Source of the DNA: Planctomycetota bacterium
GTDB taxonomy: Bacteria; Planctomycetota; UBA8742; UBA2392
Assembly (NCBI GenBank): GCA_022071975.1
Contig: JAJVIO010000036.1
Coordinates: 1,606-65,605, forward strand
Reading direction: 5' to 3'
Length of the DNA stretch: 64,000 nucleotides
This document shows positions 33,001-48,000 of the stretch, one piece after another. Position 1 is the stretch's first letter. Each line of letters opens with the position of its first letter. The position numbers were made by a program, and so were the translations under genes. The notes beneath the pieces were generated by a model. The model ran no database searches. It was not told the origin of the DNA and saw nothing but the letters and a program-made list of their open reading frames with translations.

Positions 33001-36000
33001 AACGCTGTATTCAAGGGTGCCGTTGTCCACACTTCCCGTGAACCGGGACCCCAAACCGAAAACGGTCTCGTTGGCATCGACGGTCAGCAAGAATGTGTCG
33101 TGGTCAGCCGTGCCGGCCGGTTTGCTCGCCAGCACCACGTAGATTGTGTAGTCGGCGCTCGCGCCGGATGTGATGCTGATTCCCACGCCGTTGAACAACA
33201 GCCGCGGCGTCGGAACTGCGGCGAAGGTGCCCTGAACCGGGGACAGGCCGGCGCCCGCGAGCGACCATACGTGTTCGCTCGCGTCCCCGCTGCCGCTCAG
33301 CAGGACTGTAAGGTCGACGATGTCCGTGGAAAGTGAATCACCGGCACCCAGGTCTTCAACGCGGAACGTCATCACCGCGGTGGATCCGGCCGCGCCGGCT
33401 ACCGAGTCAATCGTGGCCAACGGCGTGCCTTGCACGGTGATAACCGCATCGTTCACTCCGGATGACGGAGCAGAGTTGAAGAAGACCGCCGAAGGCGTGC
33501 CATCACGGGCGAGAACGACGTCAATGCGGTCGTCGCCGTCCAGATCCGCCGTGCAAAGCGACTCCGCATCGCCCGGACTGAGCGTCGCCGCGGGTGCAAA
33601 CGCACCGGTCGTACCCTGCCGCAGAACGCGCGACGTCTGGCCGGAAACAAGCAGGTCGAAGTCACCGTCCCCATCGATATCCTGGATTTCCAGATCGGTG
33701 TAGTTTTCTCCCGACACACCTGCGTCGGTTGGAGTCCCGACGAGCGACTGTGAGCCCAGTCCATAGATGCGGACCAGCGCACCGCTCAACACCGCCGCCA
33801 CCTCTACAGCGCCGTCAGCGTCGAGGTCGGCGGCCTCAAGGTCCAAAACGTCCGAAGGGGCCGCGATCGTGTAGGTGTGAATGAGTGCTGCGTTGTAGTT
33901 GTACAGCAGCCGCACTGCTGGATTGCCTCCCGACCAGCCCAGCGCCACGTCGATGCTTCCGTCGTTGTTCAGGTCTGCAGCCGTCACGGCTTCTGCAGTT
34001 CCGGTGACCGTCCCCCCGAGTTGCCACGCCTGCAATGCGCCAAGACTGCCGCCGGTATTGACCATCATGCCCGCCGTGGTGACCAGGTCCGGCAGGCCGT
34101 CGCCCGTCAGGTCCGCGAACACGGCGCCCAGCAGATCCGCGGGCAGGCTTACAGCTGACACCAACGTGCCGGCGACGTTCATGAACAGCTCGCCCGGTTG
34201 TCCGCTGCGTCCGACCGCCACGTCTAGGTCGCCGTCACCGTCCACGTCACCCAACGCGAGACACACGCTTGCCGTCGCGGCCGAACCGAATGCTACGGGG
34301 GTGAAGGTACCGGCCCCGTTGTTCAGGTACAGGTAGTCCTGCGCGTTGAAATTTGCCGACACGACGTCTATGTCACCGTCCCCATCGATGTCGCCTGCCG
34401 CCACGCAACGCGTGGGGTCGGCGCCTCCGAACGCCGCGGAGCTGATGAAGACACCCGAGGCTGCTGCTGGTGTGACGCGGAAACTCCAGCTGTAGGAGCG
34501 CGCCAGCGGATTTCCCGACGCGTCAAGAAGCCCGGCCGGGACGTCCAGCTCGATTGTCTCGCCGGGTCGTAGTGCCGCGGTTGGCGTGAAGGTCATCTCG
34601 TCGTTGCCGGCATTGAAGGATAGGCTGCCCGCCCTCCGGCCGGTCAAGGACCCATGCGCGTACATCGCGTTAGCGCCGGCTGTAGCAGTATTGATTGCCC
34701 GGTCAAAGGTTACCGCAGGCGCAGCGGCACCGGCACCAACGCCTCCATTGGGGGGCTGCACACCGGTAACCAGCGGACCGTCACCCTGCCATACCACATG
34801 TACGGCTCCGTTGTATGCAGCCGCCGCGAAGTCCAGCGTGCCGTTGCCGTCGAAGTCGGCCAGTCGTCCCGTGGTCGTGACACCGGAAAGTCCAGGTAGA
34901 TCGGCCAATTGTGTGAAGCTCATACCGCCGTCATTACGCTGGAAGTAGTAACCGCCGCCCGACGTGTGGAACAACAGATCATGGTCACCGTCACCGTCGA
35001 TATCGCCACTGCCGCAGAACTCGTGAGAGGCTGAGAACGGATTGGTGTAGGCACCGCTGGTGAAAACACCTCCGCTGAAGAGGTTCACGATGTTTCCTGA
35101 AATCACATCGAGGTCGTTGTCAGCATCAAGATCGGCGATTACCTGGATGGCGCCGGACCCCAGCGACTGGCTGAAGACGAAGCGCAAGCCGCCGTCATTC
35201 ACGTACAGGGAAGTACCGGCCAGCAGATCCAGTTTCCCGTCCTGGTTAAAGTCCTCGCAGAATACGCTCGATATCGCCAGTCCCTGCGGCGGCTGGAGAA
35301 GCCCGATCGAGCTGAAGTTTCCAGCGCCGTCGTTCTCAAGCAGCTCGATCTTCGGGGTCGTAGCCCCGTTGTTCCAGACCAGGTCGACGTCACCGTCGTT
35401 GTCGAGATCGGCGACTTCCAGTGCCCATCCGTTCGGCAAGCTGGTCCCCGGGCTGAAGGCGCCGGTGCCGCTGTTCAGCAGGGTCGTGCCGCCGGACGCA
35501 TAGGGAAGCAGGTCAAGGTCCCCGTCGCCGTCAAGATCCGCAAGCAGCACCCGGTTACTGACGCGCCGGAATCCGGTCGAGACCTGGGGTCCCGGCGTGA
35601 AGGTGCCGGACCCCTGGTTCAGGAAGAGGTGTCCTCCGACGCTTCCCTCGTAAGTGAGGATGTCGAGGTCACCATCCCCGTCGAGGTCGGCTACCGCCAG
35701 GTCGGTGCTTGTCATCGGCAACCCGACCACGGTCTTGCCCCCATGGAACGACCCGGAACTGCCGGCGGTAGCCGTAGTGAAGCGCCACGTGTACCCGCCA
35801 CCAAAACGTGCGCCCGTTGCATCCTGCAGCGTGGACGCGAGCAAAACCTGGTACATTTCGCCGGCGGGCAGATTCGCGCCCGGTGTGAAACTGACCGAAT
35901 TGGTGGCTGCTCCCCGGGTCCCTGTTACGTTGCCGGTGCGCAGGCCGAGAACGGGCATCTGGCCGGCCGTTGGAGCAGCCATTGCACGGTCGAAGTTAGC

Positions 36001-39000
36001 AGTGATTGTCGCAGCGGTTGACGCCGATCGCTCGTACAGGGCCGGGTCGGTGCTCTGCAATTGCGGCGCGGTGCCGCCATTCAGCCGAACCGTGGTCTGG
36101 CCCAACGTTCCCAGCAGCAGGTCGAGATCACCATCACCGTCAAAGTCTGCTGCTGCAAGTGAACTGCAGGCGGATGTATTCGCGAACGCCTGGTGCAGGC
36201 TGAATCCCGCCTGGCCGTCACCCTCGAACAACTGGCTTCCATTGCCGGCGTCACGGCCGACCAATGCATCCCAACGGTCATCGCCATCGAAGTCGGCGAA
36301 CAGTCCGGCAAAGCTGTCGGCGGCATTGTTGAGCGCCTGGGGAGCCTGGTAGTGGGGATAACCTTCCAGACAGATCGTGTCGGCTTCTCCGTTGCCGTTC
36401 ACCACCAGCACGTCGACGGCCTGGTCGCCGTCCACATCCGCCAGCGCCAGACCCACGGTGTGGTCGCTGCCGGTGCCGAACAGCTTTGCACTGTAGCCGG
36501 TCGCACCCGGGAACCACGCAACGTTCTGCCCGCCGTAGTCGCCCACGAAGATTGCCGGCAACTCCTGCTGGCTGCCGGTGTATGGATTCATCATCGCAAC
36601 GGCCCGCGTCGCGGTGGCGGGGCCGCCAAAGTTCTGGCTTGCGCCGAAGCCCCCGGTGCCGCTGCCGAAGTAGGCCGTGTCTTGCTGCCCGTCGTTTCCA
36701 GCAAACACATCCAGATGGCCGTCGCCATCGATGTCACCCACCGCGAGAGCCGCCGTGTTGTCCGTGCCCGTCCCAAACGGCAGCCCTGCGCTGAAGCCAC
36801 CTGCAGTGTTCAGATAGACATAGTTTGGTTGGCCGAAGTTGCCTTCAACCAGATCCATGTCTCCATCCCCGTCCATGTCCGCGGCGCACAAGGCGCGGCT
36901 GTTCATGCCGGAACTGACGGTGGTGCTGGCGAGGAAAGCCCCCGTACCGTCGTTGAAGAACACCACGGTGTCGCCGGTGCTGTCGGTTGCGAGCGCGACG
37001 TCGATGTCACCATCCAGGTCGAAGTCGGCCGCGGCAACGGCCCATGTCGCCCAGGCAGCGCCGCCGATGTTGCTGAACAGCGTATTCATGTCGGGCACGG
37101 CCGGACTGGTTCGGACCGTGAGCGTCCATACCACGGGCCTGGTGACAGGCGTGCCGCCCACGCGCGTGAGCTGGGTGGTAGCGCTGAGGTCCAGTCGTTC
37201 CCCGGGCAGCAGCGGAGATGAGGGCGTAAACGACAACTCGCGCAGGTTGGAGGAGATTCCATAGGTCCCGGCAAGCTTGCCGCGCAGGCTGCTGTAGACC
37301 GGCCACTTGCTGCTGTCCGCCTGGTTCATGGTCTGGCTGAACAGTATCTTCGGTTGCACACCCGGCACGGTAATGCTCAGGTTGCTGGGTGTGGTCGCCT
37401 GCGGATACGCGCCAGGTTGCTGGTTGAAGTAGATGGTGGTCGGCTCACCGCTCGAGGTGATTTCAATAATGTCGACCTTGCCGTCGCCATTGAAGTCGGC
37501 GACCGCGGCACCAACTGTGTTGAACGGAGTTGCAGACGGGCCCCACGCCTGTGAAGTAAAAGGCGTCGGAGAGTTGTCACCAGCTGAAATGCTGTTGACC
37601 CCGTTTCGGAACACACCCCAGTCAAGTCGACCGTCACCGTTCACGTCTCCCTGGAATACGCCTGACACGGTCGAGCCGCCGCTTGATTGACTCGGGAAGC
37701 CACCAGTGCCGTCCGCTTCATAAAGCGTCGTCCCGTATGCGTGACGCACCCAAAGGTCCAGGTCGCCGTCGCCGTTGTGGTCGTACAACAACCCCCAGTA
37801 TAGCGCAGCCGTGAGGGTGAAGCCCTCTACAAGTACGCCCTTGGCGTCATGCACAAATACTGGCGAATCCTGACCGTCGTTGCCGAACAGAACGTCTGGC
37901 CGATAGTCGCCGTCCACGTCGCCCACGGTGACGAACTGCGTGTTGGTGGTTGCTCCGCCGATGCTCAGTTGGGTGGGGAAGCCGCCGCTGCCGTCATTCA
38001 GGTAGATTCGGTTCTGCTGGCCATCGTTTGCCTCGGCAAAGTCGAGGTCGCCATCCAGGTCGAAGTCGGCATAGGCGAGACCGGTGGTGTTGTCATTGGC
38101 CGCACCGAAACTCGCGGCAAGACTGAAGGTGCCTCCGCTGTTGGTGTAAATGTTGTTGGGCTGTCCGTAATTGCCCTCTACCAGGTCAAGGTCACCATCG
38201 CCGTCAATGTCGAAGGCAATCAATGCGCGCGTGTCGTCTGTGGTGTTGCCGATTGAAACACTGTTCGGGAAGGCCCCGGCGCCGTTGTTGTAGAACAGCT
38301 GGTTCTGCGCGCCCGAGATGGCAACTGCCACGTCAAGGTCGCCGTCCAGGTCAAAATCGCCCACTGCCACCGCGCGCGCATCCTCCGTGCCCGCGCCCAG
38401 GACCACCGATGTCTGGCTGAAGTCGGGCGTATTCGCAGTCGGTGAAGCGTGGAAACTCCATTCCCAGCCCCGGTCGCTCGAACGTCCAGTCGGGCCCAGG
38501 CCCTTGGGTATCACCGCCAGCAACTGCTCGCCAGGCCTGAAGTTGATCGCCGGGTCCAGCAGCATGGTGTCTGCGGTGGGTGTGCTGAGGCCGGCCGTCC
38601 GCCAGCCAGTGAACCCGCCGTGCACCCGGAAGCCACCAGTGCCGGGCGTGCCTACCGGATTGTCAAACACGGCGCTGAGGTTGCCCGCGACACTTGCGTT
38701 TTCCGCGTGCTGACCGGGAGTGGACGATGTGAGGAGCGGCGATTGCGGAGCCAGGCCGTCATTGAAGAACAACTTCGGGACGCCGCTGGTGTACGCGGCC
38801 ACAGCATCCACGTCTCCGTCTCCATCAACGTCTCCGAGCACGAGCTCGTTGATGTTGATTCCGGTGTTCAGTGAAACGGCGGCCGACATCGCACCGTTGC
38901 CCTGGTTCAGGAACACGCGCCCTGCGTTGTTGGAATACACAATCACGTCTGGCAACCCGTCGCCGTTCAGATCTCCTGCCAGCGTGTGGCGAGAGTTGAA

Positions 39001-42000
39001 GCCAGCAGAGCCGAGATTTGCACCCGCCGTGAAAGTGCCGGCTCCATCGTTGAGATACAACGCGTCCTGACCGCTGTACGTGGCGGTGGCGATGTCCAGG
39101 TCCCCGTCTCCGTCGAAGTCCGCCAGCGCCGGGTTGTAGTTGTAGCCGGTGATCCAATTGGCCGTCACGAAGGCGGCGCTACCGTCGTTCAGATGCAGCT
39201 TCTCGCCGGTGATGACATCCAGGTCGTCGTCGTTATCTACGTCGCCGATCGCAATGTCCCGCGCGTTGGAGTTGCCCAGTTGTACCGTATTGGGAAACGC
39301 ACCCGTGCCGTCGTTCAGCAGCACAAGGTTCTGGGAACCGCTGCTGAAGGTTGCAACCAGGTCGGGATACCCGTCCGCGTTGAAGTCACCAGCCTGGAGG
39401 TCGTCGCCCGTCGTTGCGGGGCCGATGTCTATCGGGTTCTGGTCAAGCCTGCCGCTGCCGTCGTTGAACACCACACGGATTCGATTGACTGCAATGACGG
39501 CAATGTCCAGCCAGCCATCGCCGTTCAGGTCTGCGAGCACTCCGTTCCGCGCGTCGCCCAGGTTCACGTCATGCCACCAGGTAAAACGTCCATAGCCGTC
39601 GTTCACATAGGTGGACGGGCGAAGGGGCCCCGCTACTCCCCACCAGTCCTTCAGGTTGACGATGTCCAGGTCGCCGTCGCGGTCGAGATCACCCAGCACG
39701 ACACCTCTGGAAGTACCCGCCGCGGCGGTGAGGTCGGCCGTCGGGCTGAAGTTCCCCGTTCCGCCGACAGACGAGGTGTTGAAGCGGTAGACATAACTGC
39801 GGGCCATCGCCACTCCCGCGGAATCCTGCATGGACTGACCAAAGCGGACTTCCAGTTCTTCGCCCGGAAACAGGTTTGCCGCAGGCTGTAGGCGCAGGCT
39901 GGCCGTGCCCGCGCCGCTCAGGGTGCCGCTCAACCGCCCGCTCTGGCTGCCGTGCAGCATGAACTCGCCGGCTGCGGGCGCCGCCATGGGTCGGCTGAAA
40001 TCGCCCCCGATGTCGGAGTTAGCGCCTGCCGACCAGCTGCCGCGCGCCGGGGCTCCTTGCACCAGATACGGTACTTCGAACCAGTCGAGCCTGTTGGCGG
40101 GATCGTTCTCATAGGCCGCGCCAAATCGTGTACCTGTGCCGCTGCTTGACGAGTACAGCGAGATCGATGCTCCCGCATAGTTCGCCGCGTCGATGTTTCC
40201 TCCGCCAGCGGCGCTGATGCGCATACCGGAGAACGCCGCCGCAGCGTTGATCGCATCGAACCGCATCATCGCCGTGGCGGCCTCGCAGTCGTCGATCACC
40301 AGGCCGTCCAGTCTGGTGATCGTGGCACCGGACTCGAAGCTCAATCCGTAGGGCAGGCTGCTGTCTCCAAGCCCGTTGAGGCGCCATCCATTCAGCACCA
40401 GTTCAGACGTCGGGGCGAAAATGAAGACGAACCGGTCCGCGACCGAAGTGCTCCGGGTCAGCGGCACGGCTTGGGCGGCCACTGCATTGGTGTGCAGTTC
40501 ACCTTCAACCCGAACTTCGGCCACACCAGCAGTCTGTCCGAGCTCCAGGATGGAGGAAGGCGCCAGTTCCAGGATGCCTCCGGCTTCGACCGTCAGCGCC
40601 CTGCCGGCGCCGGACTGCACGGATGTCAAATTCAGGCGTCCGTCCAGCACCACGTAGGCGCCGGCGCTCACGCGCATGGTGTCGATGGTAAAGCCGGTTG
40701 CGGGGCCGCCGATAGTTTGAGTTCCGCTTCCGGCCATGATGACTGCGCCGGTGAAGCTGCCCGGCTGCGTTCCCATGAGGTCGCCGGTCAGGGTCACAGT
40801 TCCGCTCAGGATGCTGCTGGTCGTCGGGCCACCTCCTATGCTGAGGCTGCGGGCCAGCAAAGCCGCGGTGACAGTCACGCTGGAGGTTCCGCCTGTGGGC
40901 GCCAGTTCCAGATTTCCGATGTTGCCGGTTGCAGGGGGCACCAGATCGAAGGTTCCAAATCCTGTAAAGCGGATCCAGCCGTTGTTGGTGAGCGTGGTGC
41001 CCGAGAAATCAGAATCTGCACCCAAGGAGACGCTTCCGTAGCTCAGGGGACTTGCCGTGAACTTGATCTCCAGAGACCCGGTGTTGACGCTGCCCCAGCC
41101 ATCCCGAAGCGTCAGGCTGCCGCCGGCCGCAACTTCCACGTCACCCAGGTCAACGTCAGCGCTGTCAACGACTGTACTGGAGCTGAAAACGAGCAACCCG
41201 CTGTTGGAAAGGGGCGACGTCGAGGTTGGGGTATCGTAGTTGAAGTAAACGCTTCCACCGGTCAACTCCAGCACTGCTCCGGTATCCACTGTCAGCAGGT
41301 AATCCTTCGTGAATGCCAGACTGCGCGCAATGGTCACCACCGCGGAGGTGTTCGAGTTCCGAAGGTGTGTGTTCAAACCGACAAAACTGCTGCTGGTCTG
41401 TGCGGCCGTGCCGGTGAAGCGGATCTGACTGCCCTGCCCGTTGATGGTTCCGTTACCCGTGATGTTTCCGACCAGGGTTACATCCGCCAGCAGCTGTACG
41501 ACGTTGTTCACCTCCAGGTTCGCCAGGTCAACAGTGCTTGAGGAAATCAGTGCGGAGCCGGAAAGCATGCGCAGCTTTCCGGTACCGGGAATCAGTGTGC
41601 CTTCGACTATCAGGCTCCGGTAAAGGCTCAGCTGAAACGAGCCGAGGTTTAGTGAGGCGCCTGCTTCGATGCGGATGTCGCCGCATGAACCGTTGGCGGA
41701 GAGCTGCGGCATGTTCGTAGCCGTGGCCGGTATCGTAATCGAGCTGGAACTGGACGGGACCGTCGCATTGTTCCAGTTGGAGGCATCTTGCCAGTCCGTG
41801 GATGTCGCGCCGGTCCACTCAACTCCGATTACCAGGTCGAACACCGCGCTGCTGATCGCGGACGCGGTGACTCCGGCTGCATCATCACTGAAATCCAGTG
41901 TGATGCCGGCGGCCGAACCAAGCAGTACCACGGCGTTCCCGCCGCTGCTGGAAAAGCTGGCAACACCCGCAGCAGCTGCTGTCGAGGCCGTCGAACTGAC

Positions 42001-45000
42001 AGTTCCGCCGTCTGAGCGAACGAACGTGACGGTGTCGGAAACGTCCAGGTCGCGGTTGCCCCACGCGTCGGTGTAGTGGACAGACACATCAAAGGGGAAG
42101 CCTGCCGTAACCTGGATAGGCGGATTCGCAAGCATGCGCAGTTGCGTTGCGGCGACCAGTAACTCCAGACCGTTGCCGTTGTCTACGGTCGTTCCGGCCG
42201 TGAATGTCGTACTTGGATACACCGTGGTCAGGTCAGATTCATCCAGCGACAACTCCCAGACCGCATGGTCAGTCATCGCGATGTTGCTTCGCAGCTTCAT
42301 GCTCACTGTGAATGTCGCCGAAGTGCCGTCATCCACGCTGAAAGTGAGGCCGTAGAATCGCACGGTGTTACCTATGACGACCCCACCTGCGTTGGTCACA
42401 CCGGGGCCATTGAGGCGCCAGTCTGCCCAATCGAGCTGCGCGCTCCCGGACTCATTGATGACCACCTGATTGATGACAGTCGGGTAGCCGTCGGCTGTTC
42501 CTCCGTCGGCGATACTGAAATCCAGCACGTTCACCCAGGCAAGGGCGCCTGAGAACGAGTCGATCTGAGTCGGCTCCGTGAGGGCCGAACTGGCGGACAG
42601 TGTTGCATCCGAGTCCAAGCTGGGGACGAAGTCATTGCTGAAGATCAGGTCCTGCTGCTGCCACGTCCCTGCCACAAGCTCCAGCATGTCATCGCCATCC
42701 AGGTCGACGGCGGCCAGCCCCCGGGTCGCCGTGGTGGCCCCGCCGAAATCTTTGGCGGAGCCGAAGCTGCCGTTCCCGTTGTTCAGGTACACGGCGTCCT
42801 GGCCGCCCTCAACACCCTCCGCGATATCCAGGCTGCCGTCTCCGTCGAAATCACCGAGCACTACCGCTGCCGTATTCGTCGCCGCCCCACCAATCGCATT
42901 CGCGGATCCAAAGCCGGTGCCGGAAAGGTTCAGAAACACCTCGCTCTGGCCATCGTTACCGAAGGCGACGTCCGGGAACCGGTCTCCGTTCAGGTCCGCA
43001 CATGCCACCGCTCGTGTGGCTGGATTGGATGATGAAAACGACAGCGCGGCACTGAGCGTACCGCTGTTATTAAGGTAGTACTCGTTAGCCGCATTGTAGT
43101 TCGCCACCAGCAGATCCAGGTCGCCGTCGAGGTCCAGGTCCGCCAGTGTCACGGCACGGCTTGCGTCGCTGCCGCTGCCGAAGTTTTCCGGGCTGTTGAG
43201 CGTGCCCCAGTTGTTCGGGAACCAGCGGTTCTGTCCACCGTCGTCAGCCAGCACAATGTCAAGCGAACCGTTGCCGTCCAAGTCGCCGACCGCGACGCCG
43301 GCGGTGCTGCCGGCGCTGCCCAAGTTGATGGTTGATGTAAACGGATTGGATACGGCGTTCAGGTACACCACGGACTGTCCGTCATTGCCGACAATGATGT
43401 CGACCCTCCCGTCGCGATTGATGTCCGCCATCGCCAACGCACGGGTGTTGTCGTTGCCAGGTCCGATCTGCACGGGGCTGCCAAAGCTGCCACTTCCATC
43501 GTTGTAATAGAGGAAGTTGGCTGATCCGTAGCAACCGACCACGGCATCCAGGTCACCGTCCAGATCAACATCTCCAAAGGCAATGCAACTGGTACTCGCC
43601 GTTGCCCCTCCCAGGTTTGACGGACTGGCAAAGGACGCATCACCGAGGCCATATGAGGCTGTGCGATAATGCAGCACCCAGGGGCTGGTCAGCGCGTTGC
43701 CGCCCGCGTCTTGCAGCGCGGTGGTGACGACAAGGCTGATCTCCTCATTTGCGAAGATTCCGTTGGGGTTGAGAGAAACGTTTGGCCCGCTCGTGAAGTA
43801 ATTGCCACCCAATCTGCCGCTGAAAGGAGAGTAGCCAGGCACCGAGGAGTTCGATGCGCTGCCCATGTCGCGGCTGAAAACCACGGTGGGGTTGAGGTTG
43901 CGCGCGCCGCTGGCCGCCTCCTGGGCGGGAGAGCTTGCCGTTACTGATGCCTGCCCCGGGTTGTTGTTGAAGTAAATACGCCCCTGCCCATTCGTGCAGG
44001 CGGTGACCAGATCCAGGTCGCCGTCTCCGTCGAAATCAGCCGCTGTGATTCCGTACGCCTGCTGTGAAGCTGGACCAAAACTGGTGCCCGCAGTGAAGCT
44101 GGCGGCGCCATTGTTAAGGAACAAGCGATTGCTCGAATTGGAAACGGAGAACGCCACGTCCAGATCTCCGTCGCCGTCGACGTCGGCCAGCGTCAGTTGG
44201 CGCGTGCTGCTGCCCGTTCCGGAAATCACCGTGTAGGTGGACAACTGACCACCGTTGTTCCGGTAGACGCGTGCACCTGCGGTGGGGCCTCCGGCTACCA
44301 GGTCTTCATCGCCATCGCCGTCCATGTCTCCGAACTCGACCCACCATGTCCCGCTGGCGGAGGCGAGCGTCTGTACCTGGCCAAACGTCCCATTCCAGTC
44401 ATTGAGGTACAGGTAGCCGTTGCCGCTGTTGTCAAAACCGGCGATGTCCAGATCGCCGTCTTTATCCACGTCACTGACCGCCACTGCACCGAGGTTTCCC
44501 GTCGCCTTGTATTGAACCGAAGCCCCGTTGGAGAACCCACCGCTGCCGTTGTTCAGGAAGACGTAACGTCCCGTGACCAGGTCGGCCCAGCCGTCGCCGT
44601 TCATGTCGCCCGATCTCAGCCCGCGGTTGCCGCCGCTCAGGCTGGTGGTCGCGCTGAAAACGCCTCCGATGTTGGTCCACACCTGGACCAAACCGGACGT
44701 ATTGATGGTGGCAAGGTCCAGGTCGCCATCGTTATCGCGATCGAACAGCACAACGTCATAGTGGGTACCGCTATGGGGCAGCTGGGTGGTAGTGAACGTG
44801 TTGGCACCGTCGTTAATGAGCAGGTACACCGCGTTGCTTCCGTGCGCGACAACGATGTCCATGTCGCCGTCCGCATCCAGATCACCTACCGCTATTCCCC
44901 GACCGTCACCGCCCGGAGTCGCCGAGAGGCTGTTTGCAGCGAAGTACCCCGGGCCGCTGCCCGCGGCGGCCCGGAACTGCCACACGAACGGGTATGGCAC

Positions 45001-48000
45001 CGCGCTACCGCCCACGCTGATTCCGCTTGTGAGTGTGACCTCCACCGACTCGCCGGGCAGCAGATCCGCCGCCGGGTCGAACACCAGCGTGGCACTGCCG
45101 TTGCCGGAGTAACTGCCGGCCAGCTTTCCGCGCAGGCTGCCGCGCGGCACGAATGTGCCTGCGCTGCCGCCGGTGGCCGTGTTCCAGAATTGGGCCTGTA
45201 TGTCCGTGGTTCTCGCGGCGTTTCGCATGTGGGCCGCCGGGCTCTCGACGACATCTATGCGGGTGTAGTGGTTCAGCTGGGAAATCAGGCCGTTGTTGCC
45301 GTTCGCGGTGACGAAGTCGATGTCGCCGTCACCGTCCAGGTCGCCGGCAGCTCCGTTCCAGGTTGCGTAGCTTACCGTATCCAGCTGCAGCTGGGCGCCG
45401 GCCCATGAGAAGTCGCCGCTTCCGTCGTTCAGGTAGATGTAGTTGGCGTAGGTTCCGGCATCGCGTGTGTCGATCACATCGAGGTCGCCGTCGCCGTCGA
45501 AATCGGCGAAGTCCAGCCAACTCGAGAGTCCGGAAGCGCTGCCGAAACTGCCGCCCGAAGCGAAGCTTCCCCAACCGTCGTTCAACCAGAGTTCATCTGT
45601 GGACGCACCGTTGGACGCGACGATGTCGATGTCCCCGTCGCCGTCTGCATCGCCTAACGCGATCTGCTGCGTGTTGCCGCTGCTGCCCCACGTCCCCGAG
45701 ACGGTAAAGTTTCCGGCCCCGTTGTTGAACCACAGCGTGTTCGTTCCGTTGACGGCAAACACCACATCCAGGTCGCCGTCGCCATCAATATCACCCACTT
45801 CGAAGTCCTGACCGAAGCCGGTGTTGATTGCACCTGTGCCCGGGAAGTTTCCACTGCCGTCGTTGAAGTACAACGCCACTCCAGAGGCAACGTTCAGCAG
45901 GATGTCCAGGTCACCGTCAGCATCGAGATCGCCGGTCCTTATGGGCGCGGAACCATATGTGGTGCCAAACTGTGCGCCCGCGGTGAACACTCCCGAGCCG
46001 TTGTTCGAATAAATCACCATCTGCGTACCGACCTGCAGCAACACATCGACGTCGCCATCGAGGTCGAAATCACCGATACAACCTCGCCGCGTGTAGGCAA
46101 ACGTGGCACCGTATGCAACGCCGGTTGTATTCAGGGTGCCGCCGATATTTTCGTACGTCTCAAGTTGGCCGGCTGAGGTGGATGCCAGCAGATCGAGGTC
46201 TCCGTCTCCATCCATGTCCGCCAGCATGGCCAGCGTGCAAGTCGTGCCCACAGAGATGTTCTGGACTGCCTTGCGGAACTCCGCGGGCCCCACGCCGGCG
46301 GCGGCCCGGAAACGCGCAACGGTTGGATTGGACAGCGACTGGCCGCCGGAAGACTGAAGCCCGGCAGTGAAACTCACTTCCAGCTGCTCCCCGGCCAGCA
46401 AGGACGCACCCGGCGTGAACACCAGCGACGAGCTGCCACCGCCGCTGTAAGTACCTGACAACACGCCCCTGCCCGCCGTCTGCACACGCATCGTGGACGT
46501 GCTGGGCGCGTTCATGTTGCGGTCAAACGCGCCTGAAATCGAACTGCTCGTTGGGGCCGTAAATGAGTTGGGCGCCGGTGTGACTCCGACCAGCCGCGGC
46601 AGGTCCTGCACGTTGAAGGAACTGGTGTTGACCGGCGCGCCTGAAATGTCAACGCTGCCGCCCGTATCGTCCGTCAAAACGAGGTGGATTCCCGTCGCCG
46701 GCGGCGCACCCAGCACCACCAGGTTAGCACCCGCAAAAATCGCCACTCCCTGGACTGCCCCGCTGCTTTGGCCCGCCGAGACAGCACCCGCATCGGACCG
46801 CGTGGCAGTCAGCACGTCGCCGTTTACATCCAGGTCGGTGTTCCCCAGGCTGTCCGCGTAGCGTGCCGCAACCGGGAAGCCGCTGCCGATGGCCACTGTG
46901 GCGGGCGGCTGGCTGCTGACCAGCAGGGTTGTGGCATTCACCTCATACTGCAGCGGCGCGGGATTCAACGCGGGCTGTCCTGCCTGGAACTGCGAGCCGC
47001 CGAAAAGCTTGATGTCCGAGGTGGAAAGCGAAAGCTGGAACGCTTCGTTGTCTGCCGTGCCGGCCGGATTCACCGCCAGCTGCACCTGCAGCGTAAAAGT
47101 GAGTGAGCCGCCGTTGGCGATGTTCACGTTCATGTCGAAAGTGATGGTTCGATTACCTGCTGCCCCACCCACCGTTCCGGGGACGCTGCTGTAGCCTTGC
47201 GGAACCAGGCGCCACTGGTGGTCGTCAGCATCGGCGCTGCCCGATGCGTGGAATACGACACGACCGAGCCGTGTTGATTGTCCGGCAGTCGACCCCTGGT
47301 CCTGGAGCTGGAAGTCGAACACTGATGTGTAGGCGGCGCTGCCGGCCACTGAATCGATGGTGGCAGGCTCCGCCAAAGGGCCATTCTGCAGCAGCACCTC
47401 GGGATCGCCGGCGGTATTCAGATGAACGAAACAGTTGTTGCCAGTGGCCTGTCGGGCTAGCACCAGGTCGACGTCGTAGTCGTAGTCAAAGTCGGCCATG
47501 GCAATGGACTTGACGCCATTGGAGGCCGTGCCCGGGATGTCGGCGAAGTAGCTGAACGTGCCGCCGCCGTTGTTCAGGAATACTTGAGCATCGAGGGAAT
47601 TGCTGTACCGGGGCCGGACCATGTCCAGGTCGCCGTCGCCATCGATGTCGCCCAGGCCGACCGAGTAGTCTTCCGTAGTGCCGATGCTCTGGAACAGTGT
47701 GAAGTTGCCGGACCCGTTGTTCTTCCAGACTTGCGTCATGAACGTGCCACTGCCACCGGCCACGACGTAGTCAAGGTCGCCGTCGCCATCGACGTCCGCC
47801 AAGTGGCAATCCGAGCCTGTATTGGCGTTTCCGGTTCCGACAATCGTCGGAAAGGACCCGGTACCGTCGTTGAAGAAAAAGTCCCAGCCGGTTGCGACGT
47901 CCAAGTCGCCGTCATTATCCATGTCGCCGACGTCGAGACCGAACTGGTTCCGTGAGCCGTACACCGTGGGATTGCCGAAGGTGCCCCCGCCCTGGTTGAG

